Source of the DNA: a virus
Taxonomy: Duplodnaviria > Caudoviricetes
IMG/VR virus record: IMGVR_UViG_3300020186_000025
Coordinates: 1-61,630 of that record
Length of the DNA stretch: 61,630 nt
Strand: one strand, 5' to 3'
The position numbers were made by a program, and so were the translations under genes. This document shows, piece after piece, positions 17,541 to 27,141 of this stretch. How positions within the stretch are numbered: position 1 is the stretch's first letter; every line of letters starts with the position of its first letter. The notes under the pieces were generated by a model. The model was not told the DNA's origin, did no database searches, and worked only from the letters and a program-made list of their open reading frames with translations.

Positions 17541-17727
17541 GATTCTTCATGCAATGGAGGCTGAGACAGACCCCATTGTCGTCTACGACGGTTGGTCCGC
17601 ACCCCTCGCAGAGACAGCACCAGCCCTGTCCATCTTCGAGTTTGCTCCCATCGCCGAGACCCGCAAGGTCTTTGTAGTCCTCGGTGAAAATGTCCATAGA
17701 ACACTGTTGGCAGAAATCGGCCATCAA
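17512..17727 (-). CDS. Small Cys-rich zinc-binding protein
   Basis: FC.QC, CEGCG...VD..G.C...C. Confidence 0.7.
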   Translation of the reverse strand: MMADFCQQCSMDIFTEDYKDLAGLGDGSKLEDGQGWCCLCEGCGPTVVDDNGVCLSLHCMKNHGEEKHGKV

Positions 17728-17748
17728 AAGGCTCCTGAGTGTGAGATG

Positions 17749-19860
17749 TTAGACACTTACTGATTCTCCCCAGCTTGGACCACATTCGGTATCTACATTA
17801 AACGGCACCAGAGGAGTGCAGACCTCTAATATCGAATTCTTCATGATCTCTCCAACAACTTTGGCTTCTTCAACTGAGCCATAGCTTCCGTCAGTTTCGT
17901 CATGCACTTGAAGTTGAATGAAATGACCAGCCGCATCGATGTCGGTAACAGCTTTCTTCGCTTGATCTGCTGACGATCCTTGGATCACTCTGTTCAAGGC
18001 TTTGTGTGTCCAATCATAAGAGCCATCGTCGCGTGTCGGGAAATGAAGACGACGACCCATGATGGTTCTCACGAAACCGTTTGCTCCGGCCTTGTCACTC
18101 GCTTTCTGTGCAAGCTGGCGGACATATGGAACCTCAGCATCGAAGTTATCGATAATCGCTTGACCTTCTTCACCAGCCATTTCTTTGATGAATCCTTGCC
18201 CAGAAGAGGCTCGGGCTTTCCACGCGTCATGACGGTTATCGAAGAAATCGATTGCTTTGGTTCTTCCATATCCTGTTATGTGTGCCCAGCGAGTAGGCTT
18301 GCCAATGTCCAGGCAGAGTTTCTGCCCACCCTCGCCATAACATAAACCGAGGAAGATATTCTTTGAGTAGCCACGGTTCATCTTGTAAGAATTATCACCA
18401 TCTTTCTTCAATTTCAACCACTGATCAACAAGTTCATCAGTGTGGATGAGACGAGTCATCATTTCGTGGTTGTCTGTCTTCGGATTGTCGCGATATCTCT
18501 TCGCTGCTTCACGGGCTTTAGGAAGATCCATGACAGCGGCGAAGTGAGTTGTCCATCTTGGCTCTTGTTGGGAATAATCGTTTACTCCCCAAATCGCGCC
18601 TTCTTCTGGAATGAATATCTTGCGCCATTCCAAGATGAGTTGCGGGTCGTGAGGCTGGACGCGGTCAGGAGAATATTGCTGTTGGAGATTTGGATCTACA
18701 GCTGAGAGTCTTCCAAAACGAACTCCCTTTTGCTCACCCTTTTCATCTTCACGAGCGATCTGATTGAAGGTGCAGTGAATTCTTCCGTTGACCATATATT
18801 TCCACATGGAAGCTGCGAAAGTGGTCCTGATCTTATTGACCTTGCGAGCGTTGGAAATCGCCCTTGCCACAGGATGATTAAGACCGTCCAGCAAATCAGC
18901 ATCGATCTGCGGAGCACCAGTTGAAGTCCTTGCCAGTTTGACACCGATTGATTCGAGTGCCGGGGCGAGAGCATCTGGTTTCCACACGTTACCGACGTCA
19001 ATTTTGACGCCTGTCTCGTGCCTAATGAAAGTTAAGGCTTCTCCTTCTTCACGGAGAGCACGATCTTCAATCATTCTGAGTTTGTCTTGATCAATGCGAA
19101 CTCCACGTTGACGCATACGAACCAGAACTGGAAGAAGTCTAGACTCGAGATCAAACACTTGCCAAAGATCATCAGAGTCTAGTTTCTTCCTCATCTTCTC
19201 GTAGAGTTCCAACGGCGATTCCACATCTCTTGTCGCATAGTCACCGACGTATCTCGCCGGGAGACGCCACATTCCCGCGCCGGGATCAACTCCCATTGCC
19301 TGAGCAGCTTGAGTGAGAACCGCCTTGTTTTTGGATTCGACACCCCAACGCTTGCCGATATTCTCGAGGCTGTAGCTTTGATGAAGTTCGTAGATGATCG
19401 GGTCCGCAATCTGGACATCGCGGAATTTGCACTCCCGATTAAACTCAAACCCATCAGAATTCGCATAATCGATGTCGTAACTGAGATTCGCACCAACATA
19501 TTCTCCCTTATAGTCTTTGATGTTTCCCTTTAGATAGCGAAGGACTTCCTCGGTCGGAAGATTATCGCCGCCTTCGTGACGCATTGGAAGGTAGAAACTG
19601 TCAACAACCCTGCCGTCTTTTTCGAGTGCAATTCCCCATCCAGTTGTGAAGGCTCCTCTCCTTGGGCCAGGACCTAGGTCGCGAAGATGAACGTCTTTCG
19701 TTTCGCAATCAAATCCTATACGATCGATGCCAGCCCAAGAAGGAAGGTCAGAGATCGCTCTGGGTCGCCAGTCGCTTTCGGGCGTGAAGAATCCCATCTG
19801 CAACGGAGATTTTCCAGCGTTTCTGGCTTTCAGTTCTTGCTGTTTTGTCTGACGAGCCAT
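17749..19860 (-). CDS. polA: Family A DNA polymerase with 3'-5' exonuclease
   Basis: DCET (ExoI), NLSYD (ExoII), YA..D (ExoIII), GRLS..DPNLQQ, DYSQQEPR (A), R..K...LG..YG (B), QVHDE (C). Confidence 0.95.
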   Translation of the reverse strand: MARQTKQQELKARNAGKSPLQMGFFTPESDWRPRAISDLPSWAGIDRIGFDCETKDVHLRDLGPGPRRGAFTTGWGIALEKDGRVVDSFYLPMRHEGGDNLPTEEVLRYLKGNIKDYKGEYVGANLSYDIDYANSDGFEFNRECKFRDVQIADPIIYELHQSYSLENIGKRWGVESKNKAVLTQAAQAMGVDPGAGMWRLPARYVGDYATRDVESPLELYEKMRKKLDSDDLWQVFDLESRLLPVLVRMRQRGVRIDQDKLRMIEDRALREEGEALTFIRHETGVKIDVGNVWKPDALAPALESIGVKLARTSTGAPQIDADLLDGLNHPVARAISNARKVNKIRTTFAASMWKYMVNGRIHCTFNQIAREDEKGEQKGVRFGRLSAVDPNLQQQYSPDRVQPHDPQLILEWRKIFIPEEGAIWGVNDYSQQEPRWTTHFAAVMDLPKAREAAKRYRDNPKTDNHEMMTRLIHTDELVDQWLKLKKDGDNSYKMNRGYSKNIFLGLCYGEGGQKLCLDIGKPTRWAHITGYGRTKAIDFFDNRHDAWKARASSGQGFIKEMAGEEGQAIIDNFDAEVPYVRQLAQKASDKAGANGFVRTIMGRRLHFPTRDDGSYDWTHKALNRVIQGSSADQAKKAVTDIDAAGHFIQLQVHDETDGSYGSVEEAKVVGEIMKNSILEVCTPLVPFNVDTECGPSWGESVSV

Positions 19861-19862
19861 CC

Positions 19863-20411
19863 TTAATTCTCTTCACCACAGCCGCGTCCAGACTTGCCAG
19901 TATCTACAGGGTCGAGGAACTGGTCCCACGGTATCCAACCTTTTGGACAATGAAATCCCCAGACCCGAATTTTTGGCCCGGTGATGAACAGAGTCCAAGC
20001 CTCACCTTCTGGCAGTTTCAAAAGATGAGCATACTCCTTGCAACGCCATTTGAAATCACCAACAAAAATATGATTGATTCGGAAAAGGAGAGCGTTACCA
20101 AAATGTTCGGTGACATAGGTTTCACTCTCAATAAGAGGATGCTCGCTCCAGTTGATCAGCTGATGCTCTTCAATGCGTCCCTTGACACACAGAGACAAAG
20201 ACCACCATGGATGATCATGAGCAGCACGATCGTCATCATCATGCTGCATGTGATGCAGATAGATGTTGAAGAACTTGTTCCTCGGTATCACAAACCACCG
20301 ACGCATATAGGGATCGTCCTTATTCGGACCGATCAGGAAGTCGGGGTCACGCTTTGGAGGGACTTTGCTCCAAATCCAGCTGGCGAGAACTCGACCGATT
20401 ACGTTGCTCAT
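19863..20411 (-). CDS. Conserved cupin-like phage protein
   Basis: NIYLHH...DDDRA.HDHPW, H, WTLFITGP....WGF. Confidence 0.7.
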   Translation of the reverse strand: MSNVIGRVLASWIWSKVPPKRDPDFLIGPNKDDPYMRRWFVIPRNKFFNIYLHHMQHDDDDRAAHDHPWWSLSLCVKGRIEEHQLINWSEHPLIESETYVTEHFGNALLFRINHIFVGDFKWRCKEYAHLLKLPEGEAWTLFITGPKIRVWGFHCPKGWIPWDQFLDPVDTGKSGRGCGEEN

Positions 20412-20443
20412 ACTTCTCTCTCCTCTTCATACCCGAATTGGTG

Positions 20444-21001
20444 TCATGCTGTTAGCCATTGGGAAGCCATAGCTTTCGCAATTCCGACATATGTGCGCGA
20501 ACGATCCTTCCAACGATTCGGTCCAGGTGCCATCCTATGAACTCGTGCTTCGCGCCCGGTGACGTTATCAGTCGGCTGCAACAGCGGCAGTCCTTTCAGC
20601 CACAGACAGGTGGCCTTGGTTTCACCGTGACCGAACTGATGCGGTTGGATGATCTGATCGGGCTTTCGCCAATGGCTCGACATGATGCCAATCGGGTTTT
20701 CAATCGCAATGCGCGGGATGGGTGAATTTGCCAGCGCCATGAAGAAGGCGATGCTGGCCTGTTGCCGCCCATCTGCCCGCTTAGCCGGGAACCATCGCGC
20801 ACCACTGACACACAGATCGGTGCAAGGCGGGAATGCTATGAGCATGTCCCAACCGTTTTGAAGCACGTCCATCACATCGCCTTGGTAATGCGGGCCTGGA
20901 GTCTCGCTCGGCAGGAGATCGCACGATATGGCGTCAACACCCGAAGAAAGAAAGGTGTCTCTTACAATTCCAGAGAATTCGCAGGCGATGAGCACTCTCA
21001 T
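20444..21001 (-). CDS. Short DNA cytosine methyltransferase-like protein
   Basis: VLIACEFSG, AFPPCT (PC motif), IENP, K.TCLW, RS.T..GIA.AMA.QW. Confidence 0.7.
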   Translation of the reverse strand: MRVLIACEFSGIVRDTFLSSGVDAISCDLLPSETPGPHYQGDVMDVLQNGWDMLIAFPPCTDLCVSGARWFPAKRADGRQQASIAFFMALANSPIPRIAIENPIGIMSSHWRKPDQIIQPHQFGHGETKATCLWLKGLPLLQPTDNVTGREARVHRMAPGPNRWKDRSRTYVGIAKAMASQWLTA

Positions 21002-21627
21002 GCTCCATCCTCTTCATCATACCCGAATGGATTCTCCATACCAGTGAGACCACTTACTTGTGACCCTGCGGTTGCGGTGGTGGTTTGCCCCTGCCCTATG
21101 GCATGGCCCGCGCCGCCACAGGGCGGGGCAAGGGCAGGGCTTGGCCCGGTGCTGGGTGCTGTAGGGGCCGGGGGCCGGGCTTGGCCCTTAGCGGCCCGCC
21201 CTGCATCGTCCAGAATAGTCTGCAGAACTGCCTTCGCTTGCAGAATACCGAAACGTTCATAGGAGAGAGACATCAAAGAACAGAACAACTGTTCAACAGG
21301 TTTCAGACTGGCTGATTCGTAAAAACGGTTGTTGAACATAACCACTCTCTCGTTTATCATACCTCGACGATAGTGTGTCATGTCAGTCGTCAGAATCTTG
21401 TCAACGTATGACATACCCTTGAGAAGGTCTTGAATACCATTCTTCTTCTGCCACCGAGAGACATACTTCGTGGCGTTGCCAGCAAGGTATCCCATGCCAA
21501 TGTCAGGAACCCAGTCCCAATGCTGATATTCAGCTTGATAGTGATCGCCTCCTTCTTGGGCTACGAAGGTTTCACTCCCCGAGTTCGTTGATTGGGTCCC
21601 AGTAGTCGGGGTTGGAAGACGTGCCAT
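20998..21627 (-). CDS. DUF3310 (T7 gp1.7/SaV-like) protein, candidate nucleotide kinase, with Pro/Ala/Gly-rich tail
   Basis: Q.GGDHY....QHWD, GNATKY.SRW..KNG..DL.K. Confidence 0.8.
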   Translation of the reverse strand: MARLPTPTTGTQSTNSGSETFVAQEGGDHYQAEYQHWDWVPDIGMGYLAGNATKYVSRWQKKNGIQDLLKGMSYVDKILTTDMTHYRRGMINERVVMFNNRFYESASLKPVEQLFCSLMSLSYERFGILQAKAVLQTILDDAGRAAKGQARPPAPTAPSTGPSPALAPPCGGAGHAIGQGQTTTATAGSQVSGLTGMENPFGYDEEDGA

Positions 21628-22129
21628 TGATTATCTCCTTCATGAATTTATAGGCTCGCACAGTCATCGCTTCTTTGGCTTCCTTCGAAAACCAGAGTTC
21701 AACTCGGCGTTGCATCTTTTTCATGTTGCGATTTCCAAGGCTCTCTTGATCCAAGATCCAGAGATAGAATTCACATATGTCGAGGCTACCGAGCCAACGC
21801 TGGTCTTCTCTCGAGAGCGTTTCCCAGAAATCTGTTCCTTTAAGAATCCTGTCCGATGCGTCGCTATATGCTTTCTTGTCAAGGACAACGAAAGCTGGAC
21901 GAGGTGTGTCGCCCAGAAGACGTTCTGGAAGATCATGGGCAATGATAGCCCAAAGGAGAGCGGCAGGAGCATCTGGATGAAGAACTCTCAGAAGACACAA
22001 CATGCCGAAAGAGTGTTGACCGACGTCATACTCACCGATGATCTTCTGCGCGTGGACGCGGCGAACCGCCGCGCCCTCTCGTGCAAATTTCACCCGAGCA
22101 ACGTCCCCTTTGAGGACGTAATCCATCAT
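21572..22129 (-). CDS. HD-domain 5'-deoxynucleotidase-like phosphohydrolase
   Basis: V.R.H......V..HS, HDLPE...GD.P.P. Confidence 0.8.
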   Translation of the reverse strand: MMDYVLKGDVARVKFAREGAAVRRVHAQKIIGEYDVGQHSFGMLCLLRVLHPDAPAALLWAIIAHDLPERLLGDTPRPAFVVLDKKAYSDASDRILKGTDFWETLSREDQRWLGSLDICEFYLWILDQESLGNRNMKKMQRRVELWFSKEAKEAMTVRAYKFMKEIINGTSSNPDYWDPINELGE

Positions 22130-23193
22130 GCCCGACGATCCAGCCATTCGATGCAGGCTTTCCGCCAATCCAACGCGGCACAACCGCGAAGGTGTTTCTT
22201 CGCTTCTTCGACCCGCTGACGTTTCGAGCCCTCGTCTGTCTTCCAGGCGAACCATGCCTGCCAGATGGGACACACGACCTTGCGGAAGAACTTGTCCTGA
22301 AAGCCGGTAGCAGGGCCGACGTCCATGAACATTTGCAATTCGCGAATCCAAGCACCAATTTCGCTGTTCACCATCTGGAACGGTTCAACCGGATCTTGCC
22401 CTTTGATCTGAATGTAGGGATTGTCGAAAGGAAGAGGATCGCGGTCGGTGAACCCTGCCAGTTCACGAACAGGGTCCAACGTCTTCAGATAGGAATGAAA
22501 GTTGTTGGAAATCTGCCAGTAGCGACCGACGGGAACTCCGATCCATGCCGCCATGAACTCTTGGAGCATGGAGAAGTGGACAGCATTCGCGCCATAGGTT
22601 CCCCAGACCATGTCGTTGGAACGGTTCGTGACCGACATGTCCAATGACCCGTGGACGCTGATCGAAAACATGATCGTCGTGTTACAGGGAATGTCTTTCC
22701 CCTGACGACCGAGGTCATCTTCGGCCGACCACATGCTCACAACGGCGCGACGTTCATCGGGGTTTTCCCGAAGCATTCCCGCAACGCATTCCAGCTGATT
22801 GAACGGGACATAGGCTTCGCCATGAGGGTTCTGGTCATTATCAGTGAATTGCTGTCTCACAAAATGATTCACCCACCGATAACCGTAGGCTCCGTGGAAC
22901 GTTTCACCATCATCACTGAACTGGCTGATGTTGGAAGAAAACTGGCTGATCCAAGCGACGTCATTGCGACCAGCGATCATCCACAAGCCTTCCATGAAGT
23001 GGAAGAAAGGATTGCAGTCACGCTCAGGATGGAACATGACCCGCTCAAGAGGTTTCAGGTAGAGCGTGGTCACAGGACCGTCGATCAGTTTGACGTCGCC
23101 AGCGCGGGACTGACGATCGAATCCTTCCTTAAGGATCATCGCAACTCCCTTGGGCAACGCTTCGTGAACGTTTCTTGCTTCGATAACGTGCAT
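22126..23193 (-). CDS. Thymidylate-synthase-fold dUMP hydroxymethylase
   Basis: YG.R, RRAV, DIPCN, RSND..WG.YGAN (Asn indicates dUMP specificity; Asp is expected for dCMP), NFH.Y; C-terminal extension. Confidence 0.85.
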   Translation of the reverse strand: MHVIEARNVHEALPKGVAMILKEGFDRQSRAGDVKLIDGPVTTLYLKPLERVMFHPERDCNPFFHFMEGLWMIAGRNDVAWISQFSSNISQFSDDGETFHGAYGYRWVNHFVRQQFTDNDQNPHGEAYVPFNQLECVAGMLRENPDERRAVVSMWSAEDDLGRQGKDIPCNTTIMFSISVHGSLDMSVTNRSNDMVWGTYGANAVHFSMLQEFMAAWIGVPVGRYWQISNNFHSYLKTLDPVRELAGFTDRDPLPFDNPYIQIKGQDPVEPFQMVNSEIGAWIRELQMFMDVGPATGFQDKFFRKVVCPIWQAWFAWKTDEGSKRQRVEEAKKHLRGCAALDWRKACIEWLDRRA

Positions 23194-23202
23194 CGTATTT
23201 CC

Positions 23203-24468
23203 TCACAAACCGAAATGATTGAACATGATTTCCTCGGACTTTTTCTCGAGGGCAGGGACCTCTTCGTAAGGCAGAGGTTGCTCACCGATATCGTCGGTAG
23301 CGATATCGATAATTCGTTTGGCGATAACGTCAGCGTCGAAACACTGAACGAGTTCGCGGACTTCTTGACGCATACTGCTCACATCTGTAGAATCAGAACT
23401 CGCGTGATGCACCATCTCTGCGTAGGTCAGATCGTCTGCATCCATCGGGATGGACACATAATGAACATCTGGCAGGAACAAAGAGTTTCCAATGCCGAGA
23501 GGACGACCGACAGGGATAGCACCATTGATCGCAGCCTCGACGAAGACACGACCATAGAACCCGCCGCGAGGACCAAGACGAGTCGACCAAGAAGGATCGA
23601 CAAGAACCCGCGCCGATTGCAGAAGAAGGTCGACCTGATCACGCTCGATGTAATCGTGATGGACCATGCCGTTGTTTTCGGCCGCTTCCCAGATACGCTC
23701 GCCATCTGCATGAAAATACTTGTCTTTGCATTTGTTTGCAGAAGTCATATACTGATATTCGATACCCTTTCCGAAGATATCCCTGAACTCCATGTCTTCC
23801 TTCGGCGGCATATGACGGACCGCACGGATCAGGTCATCGACGTGCTTGAGACCTTTGAAAGTCTGGAGGCTGACGAAACCTTTGCGACGATCAGCCCAAG
23901 AAGGGACTTCCCGGTTGACATCGCGGAACGGATTGAGGACATGGAACCTCGGTGTCCTGATGAACGAGGAGCCGCCGATCGCCGAATGGTGGACACACAG
24001 AACAGCATGAAGCCTGTCCTGAATTTCCAGGACATATGGATAGCGATCGCAGGCACCACCGTCGTGAACGAAGGCCATCTGGACAGGGTGCTTGAGATCG
24101 TAAAGATCGCGCCATTCCCAGTTGCCTTCGTTCTCAGCATTGGTCGATGGAACCGGAATCGTCCAGAGGATGATGTCATATTCTTCCAGCCACTTCTTCG
24201 CTTGGGCCAGCATCTTCCCGCCCTGATAGGGAACCTTCTTCGCTTTGGTGAAGACCCAACCGATTTTCTGGTTATAGAGAAGTCCGGACTCAGACCTCGA
24301 GAAGTCCCCTGTCCGAGGATTTCCATCTTTCTGGTCTTTGTCGCTGTAGACAAGTTGAAGCAGATCGACATCGTGGCCTTGCCTTTTGAGGCCATAGATC
24401 AGGTCCTCAGTGTGATTGATGATCCCACCGAGGTCCATGATCTTGTAAAGGGCGACAGCGATTTTCAT
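23203..24468 (-). CDS. GT-B fold (GT4-like) glycosyltransferase
   Basis: GGI..H...L...L...GHDV; K.LK.VD.LI.A; VDPSW...YGRVFVEA...GA.PV. Confidence 0.8.
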   Translation of the reverse strand: MKIAVALYKIMDLGGIINHTEDLIYGLKRQGHDVDLLQLVYSDKDQKDGNPRTGDFSRSESGLLYNQKIGWVFTKAKKVPYQGGKMLAQAKKWLEEYDIILWTIPVPSTNAENEGNWEWRDLYDLKHPVQMAFVHDGGACDRYPYVLEIQDRLHAVLCVHHSAIGGSSFIRTPRFHVLNPFRDVNREVPSWADRRKGFVSLQTFKGLKHVDDLIRAVRHMPPKEDMEFRDIFGKGIEYQYMTSANKCKDKYFHADGERIWEAAENNGMVHHDYIERDQVDLLLQSARVLVDPSWSTRLGPRGGFYGRVFVEAAINGAIPVGRPLGIGNSLFLPDVHYVSIPMDADDLTYAEMVHHASSDSTDVSSMRQEVRELVQCFDADVIAKRIIDIATDDIGEQPLPYEEVPALEKKSEEIMFNHFGL

Positions 24469-25469
24469 GCTTTGACTTCCCATGAGCGAAGAACAGGCGC
24501 TGTCAGCGGTCCCTTCTTCAAGGTTTCAGCGATCAGGACCAAGTCTGCTTCACTCGGTTCTGGGAGTTCCTCTTTACCAAGGTGATCCGGCAAAATGCCT
24601 GGACGCATTGACAAAGTGTCACAACCATCACAGGCACCGAAGTCACGCTGTCCATGATAAAGTTTTCGACGAAGAGCATACATTTCCTCGGAGTGCCAAA
24701 TTTCATCAAGACCTTGTTCATGAATAGATCCAAGAGGAAAGACTCCTCTCCAATCATTGCAGCAGGTTGCTACTTGTCCATTCCACCGAACATTGAATTC
24801 TCTGAAAGGTTTCGCACACCTTCTTCCCTCAGCTTTATCGTTTTTGGGAGCCCCCGATCCGGCATGATTGCTGAGTTTGCTGTGAGTGCCACTGGTGCTG
24901 ACATCGATTGGCCTGATCCAGATAAGCCGCTTCTTCGTATTGCGCTTATGAGGATTGCCGACACCCCCACAAGAAGGATAATCGTAAAACGTAACGCTGC
25001 CATCAAACAATTTGTCGCCGGTTTCGAGAAAACCACAACCTTGCTCTTGCTTGATTTTCTCCAGGATCTTCGGCACCAGCTTAATCGTCTGGTATTCGTC
25101 CAAGCCCAGAGTAGAAAGGCCAGCGCCGAACATTTCTTGGACGGTCTTTGTGGAAGTATCGCCAATGATTCCTCCACCATTGCTTTCGAGCAAGATGTAG
25201 GCTTTCGGCAGGTGCCGTCGGAAGATTGCGATCAATTCCAGGAAGTCAGGATTCATCGTCGGCTCGCCGTGCATAGCGATTTCAACTCTACTATTCCAAC
25301 CAAGAGAAGCCATTTGCTTTGAAACAGATTCCGCAGTTTCGCGAGTCATCAGCTTATAGTTATTTTCTTTTCCCCTGATAGCGTTCAGACCACAAAATCC
25401 ACAACGAAGATTGCAGCCCTCTGCAAATTCTATGTGAATGACGTATGGATTTCCTTGGCGATAGTTCAT
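24465..25469 (-). CDS. Radical SAM enzyme with SPASM/twitch domain
   Basis: CNLRCGFC, GEP, SNG; C.KPF....W.G.V..CC.D....LG.I....L.EIW...C..C. Confidence 0.9.
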   Translation of the reverse strand: MNYRQGNPYVIHIEFAEGCNLRCGFCGLNAIRGKENNYKLMTRETAESVSKQMASLGWNSRVEIAMHGEPTMNPDFLELIAIFRRHLPKAYILLESNGGGIIGDTSTKTVQEMFGAGLSTLGLDEYQTIKLVPKILEKIKQEQGCGFLETGDKLFDGSVTFYDYPSCGGVGNPHKRNTKKRLIWIRPIDVSTSGTHSKLSNHAGSGAPKNDKAEGRRCAKPFREFNVRWNGQVATCCNDWRGVFPLGSIHEQGLDEIWHSEEMYALRRKLYHGQRDFGACDGCDTLSMRPGILPDHLGKEELPEPSEADLVLIAETLKKGPLTAPVLRSWEVKA

Positions 25470-26185
25470 GATTCTTTCCTTCTGTATCCTGCGATGGTTT
25501 GCCAAAGACCGCTGTTGTCTAAAGTTGGGGCGATGAATGATTCCCAACCGTTGTCAAGAAAATAAGCATCCAAATGTCTTGCGTTCTCAAGTCTCCCAAC
25601 TGTAAGATGTATTTCAAAAACTACCTCTTTCAATTTCGGAAAATCAGCGATCGCTTCATAGATTTCGTATTCCCCTCCCTCACAATCAATTTTCGCTACA
25701 TCTGGATTCGTTTCTTCCAAAACCTTTTGAATAGAAACAGCCGATACTGTTGAGATTGTTCTTCCTCTTGTCTTTCTGGTTGTATAATTCCCAGAGTTTT
25801 TCCCAGAAGTAGAAATATAGAAATCAACAAACGGTTGTTCACCGTTAATCACAGCCGATTGACAAAGAACAATTTCTTCTTCAGGGCAATTCAATTGAAA
25901 CATTTCACAGTTGAAGGGCTCAGGCTCGAAAGCATAAACTTTCTTCGCATTATTGTCCAAAGCCCATCTTGAAAATAAACCGATATTTCCACCGATGTCA
26001 AGAACCACATTATCTTTTACAGATAATTTTCCGTATGAACGATAAATCTCTTTTGCGATATAGAGATCATAAGTGTCTTTTCTGCAAAAGATTGGAGTTG
26101 AAAATCCTTTTACTGATTTGACTTCAATTTCTCTTTCTTCGACAGTGCCATTCACTATAATTTTGGCGGTTTTTGATTCAGTCAT
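25466..26185 (-). CDS. FkbM-family SAM-dependent methyltransferase
   Basis: VLDIGGNIG, AFEP.P.N, KIDCEG.E, E.H. Confidence 0.88.
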   Translation of the reverse strand: MTESKTAKIIVNGTVEEREIEVKSVKGFSTPIFCRKDTYDLYIAKEIYRSYGKLSVKDNVVLDIGGNIGLFSRWALDNNAKKVYAFEPEPFNCEMFQLNCPEEEIVLCQSAVINGEQPFVDFYISTSGKNSGNYTTRKTRGRTISTVSAVSIQKVLEETNPDVAKIDCEGGEYEIYEAIADFPKLKEVVFEIHLTVGRLENARHLDAYFLDNGWESFIAPTLDNSGLWQTIAGYRRKES

Positions 26186-26232
26186 AGTTGACTCCTATCT
26201 CATGTTTGATCTTTATTTCAGAAAGCGTTTGG

Positions 26233-27141
26233 TTATCTTCCTTTATACCGACTTCTTGGTCTTCCTTGTCCCAGACGAGTGCGCTCATACTTGTCGAACT
26301 CACAAAGCTGGAATTGAATGTCTGTCGGGAATAGCTTTCCATATTCCTTAGGCCAGAACTCTCCTTGGGCTTCGTAAAGTTGCATTATGATCTCCATCGG
26401 CTTGCCCTTGCCAATGTTGACCGTCGTTGGAGAGTCATGCCCAAGAAGGCGAGCAGCACCACGAACACCACCGGGACCGACGGGAGTCCAGCGATCATAG
26501 TCTTCGGGATAGGTGAACGTGCGGTTGTCCACATGTTGGATTTCACCACCCCAGAAACTTGTCATCATTGTGTCCAGGAGAACTTCTTTGGTCATGAAAC
26601 CAGAGCCGCCGAAACCTTTGATCGTGGACATTGCACCAGCCAAATCTCGCCAGCTTCTTGTCTTTTGAACTTGCTCCAAAAGAGCAGGCACAGCGTCATA
26701 AAGATCGGAAAGAAAGTGACGGCAAACGACTTGCGGCTTGGGAGCACTCATACCCTGATTCGTGACGACATAAGCCCCTGTGAAAACACGCAGACCATCC
26801 GCGAGGCGATCTGTTGCACAGTCTTCGATCTCCAACAAATCGAAGCTTTCGTAGTCATACCAACCGACTGCCTGAGCGAATTCGAATGTTCCGAAGTATC
26901 GATAGACTGCACAGTTGATCAAGATGGAACGAGGGTCATCATCGAAATGATCGTAGTAGAACGTCGAGCGCAACATATCCGATGTCCAATCGTGATGTCT
27001 ACGAACGTTCGTGAATTTGTATTCTTGGAGGATGGGATCATCAGTCCAAGGGCGAGGCTGGCCAGCCTCCTTGCGGAGACGGACCAGTTCCCGCTTCTTC
27101 ATGTAGTCGAAGAAGCGGGGAGTTGCGATCGGTAGGTCCAT
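26233..27141 (-). CDS. aGPT-Pplase clade 1 / 5-hmdU DNA kinase helical-domain family protein
   Basis: R..G..PWT.DPIL..YKFTNV.R..D, FTGAY, G.G..F...E, GPG..RG, DIQ..LCEFDKY.R. Confidence 0.85.
   Translation of the reverse strand: MDLPIATPRFFDYMKKRELVRLRKEAGQPRPWTDDPILQEYKFTNVRRHHDWTSDMLRSTFYYDHFDDDPRSILINCAVYRYFGTFEFAQAVGWYDYESFDLLEIEDCATDRLADGLRVFTGAYVVTNQGMSAPKPQVVCRHFLSDLYDAVPALLEQVQKTRSWRDLAGAMSTIKGFGGSGFMTKEVLLDTMMTSFWGGEIQHVDNRTFTYPEDYDRWTPVGPGGVRGAARLLGHDSPTTVNIGKGKPMEIIMQLYEAQGEFWPKEYGKLFPTDIQFQLCEFDKYERTRLGQGRPRSRYKGR

Noticed and set aside
22126-23193. Ordinary thyA or dCMP hydroxymethylase
   Set aside because: The specificity residue is Asn (dUMP), not Asp; the divergent DIPCN/WG.YGAN motifs and operon context favour a dUMP hydroxymethylase, although plain TS activity cannot be excluded without an assay
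22651-24585. 644-aa plus-strand ORF
   Set aside because: Antisense to the hydroxymethylase and GT genes, has no motifs, and is an expected product of codon bias
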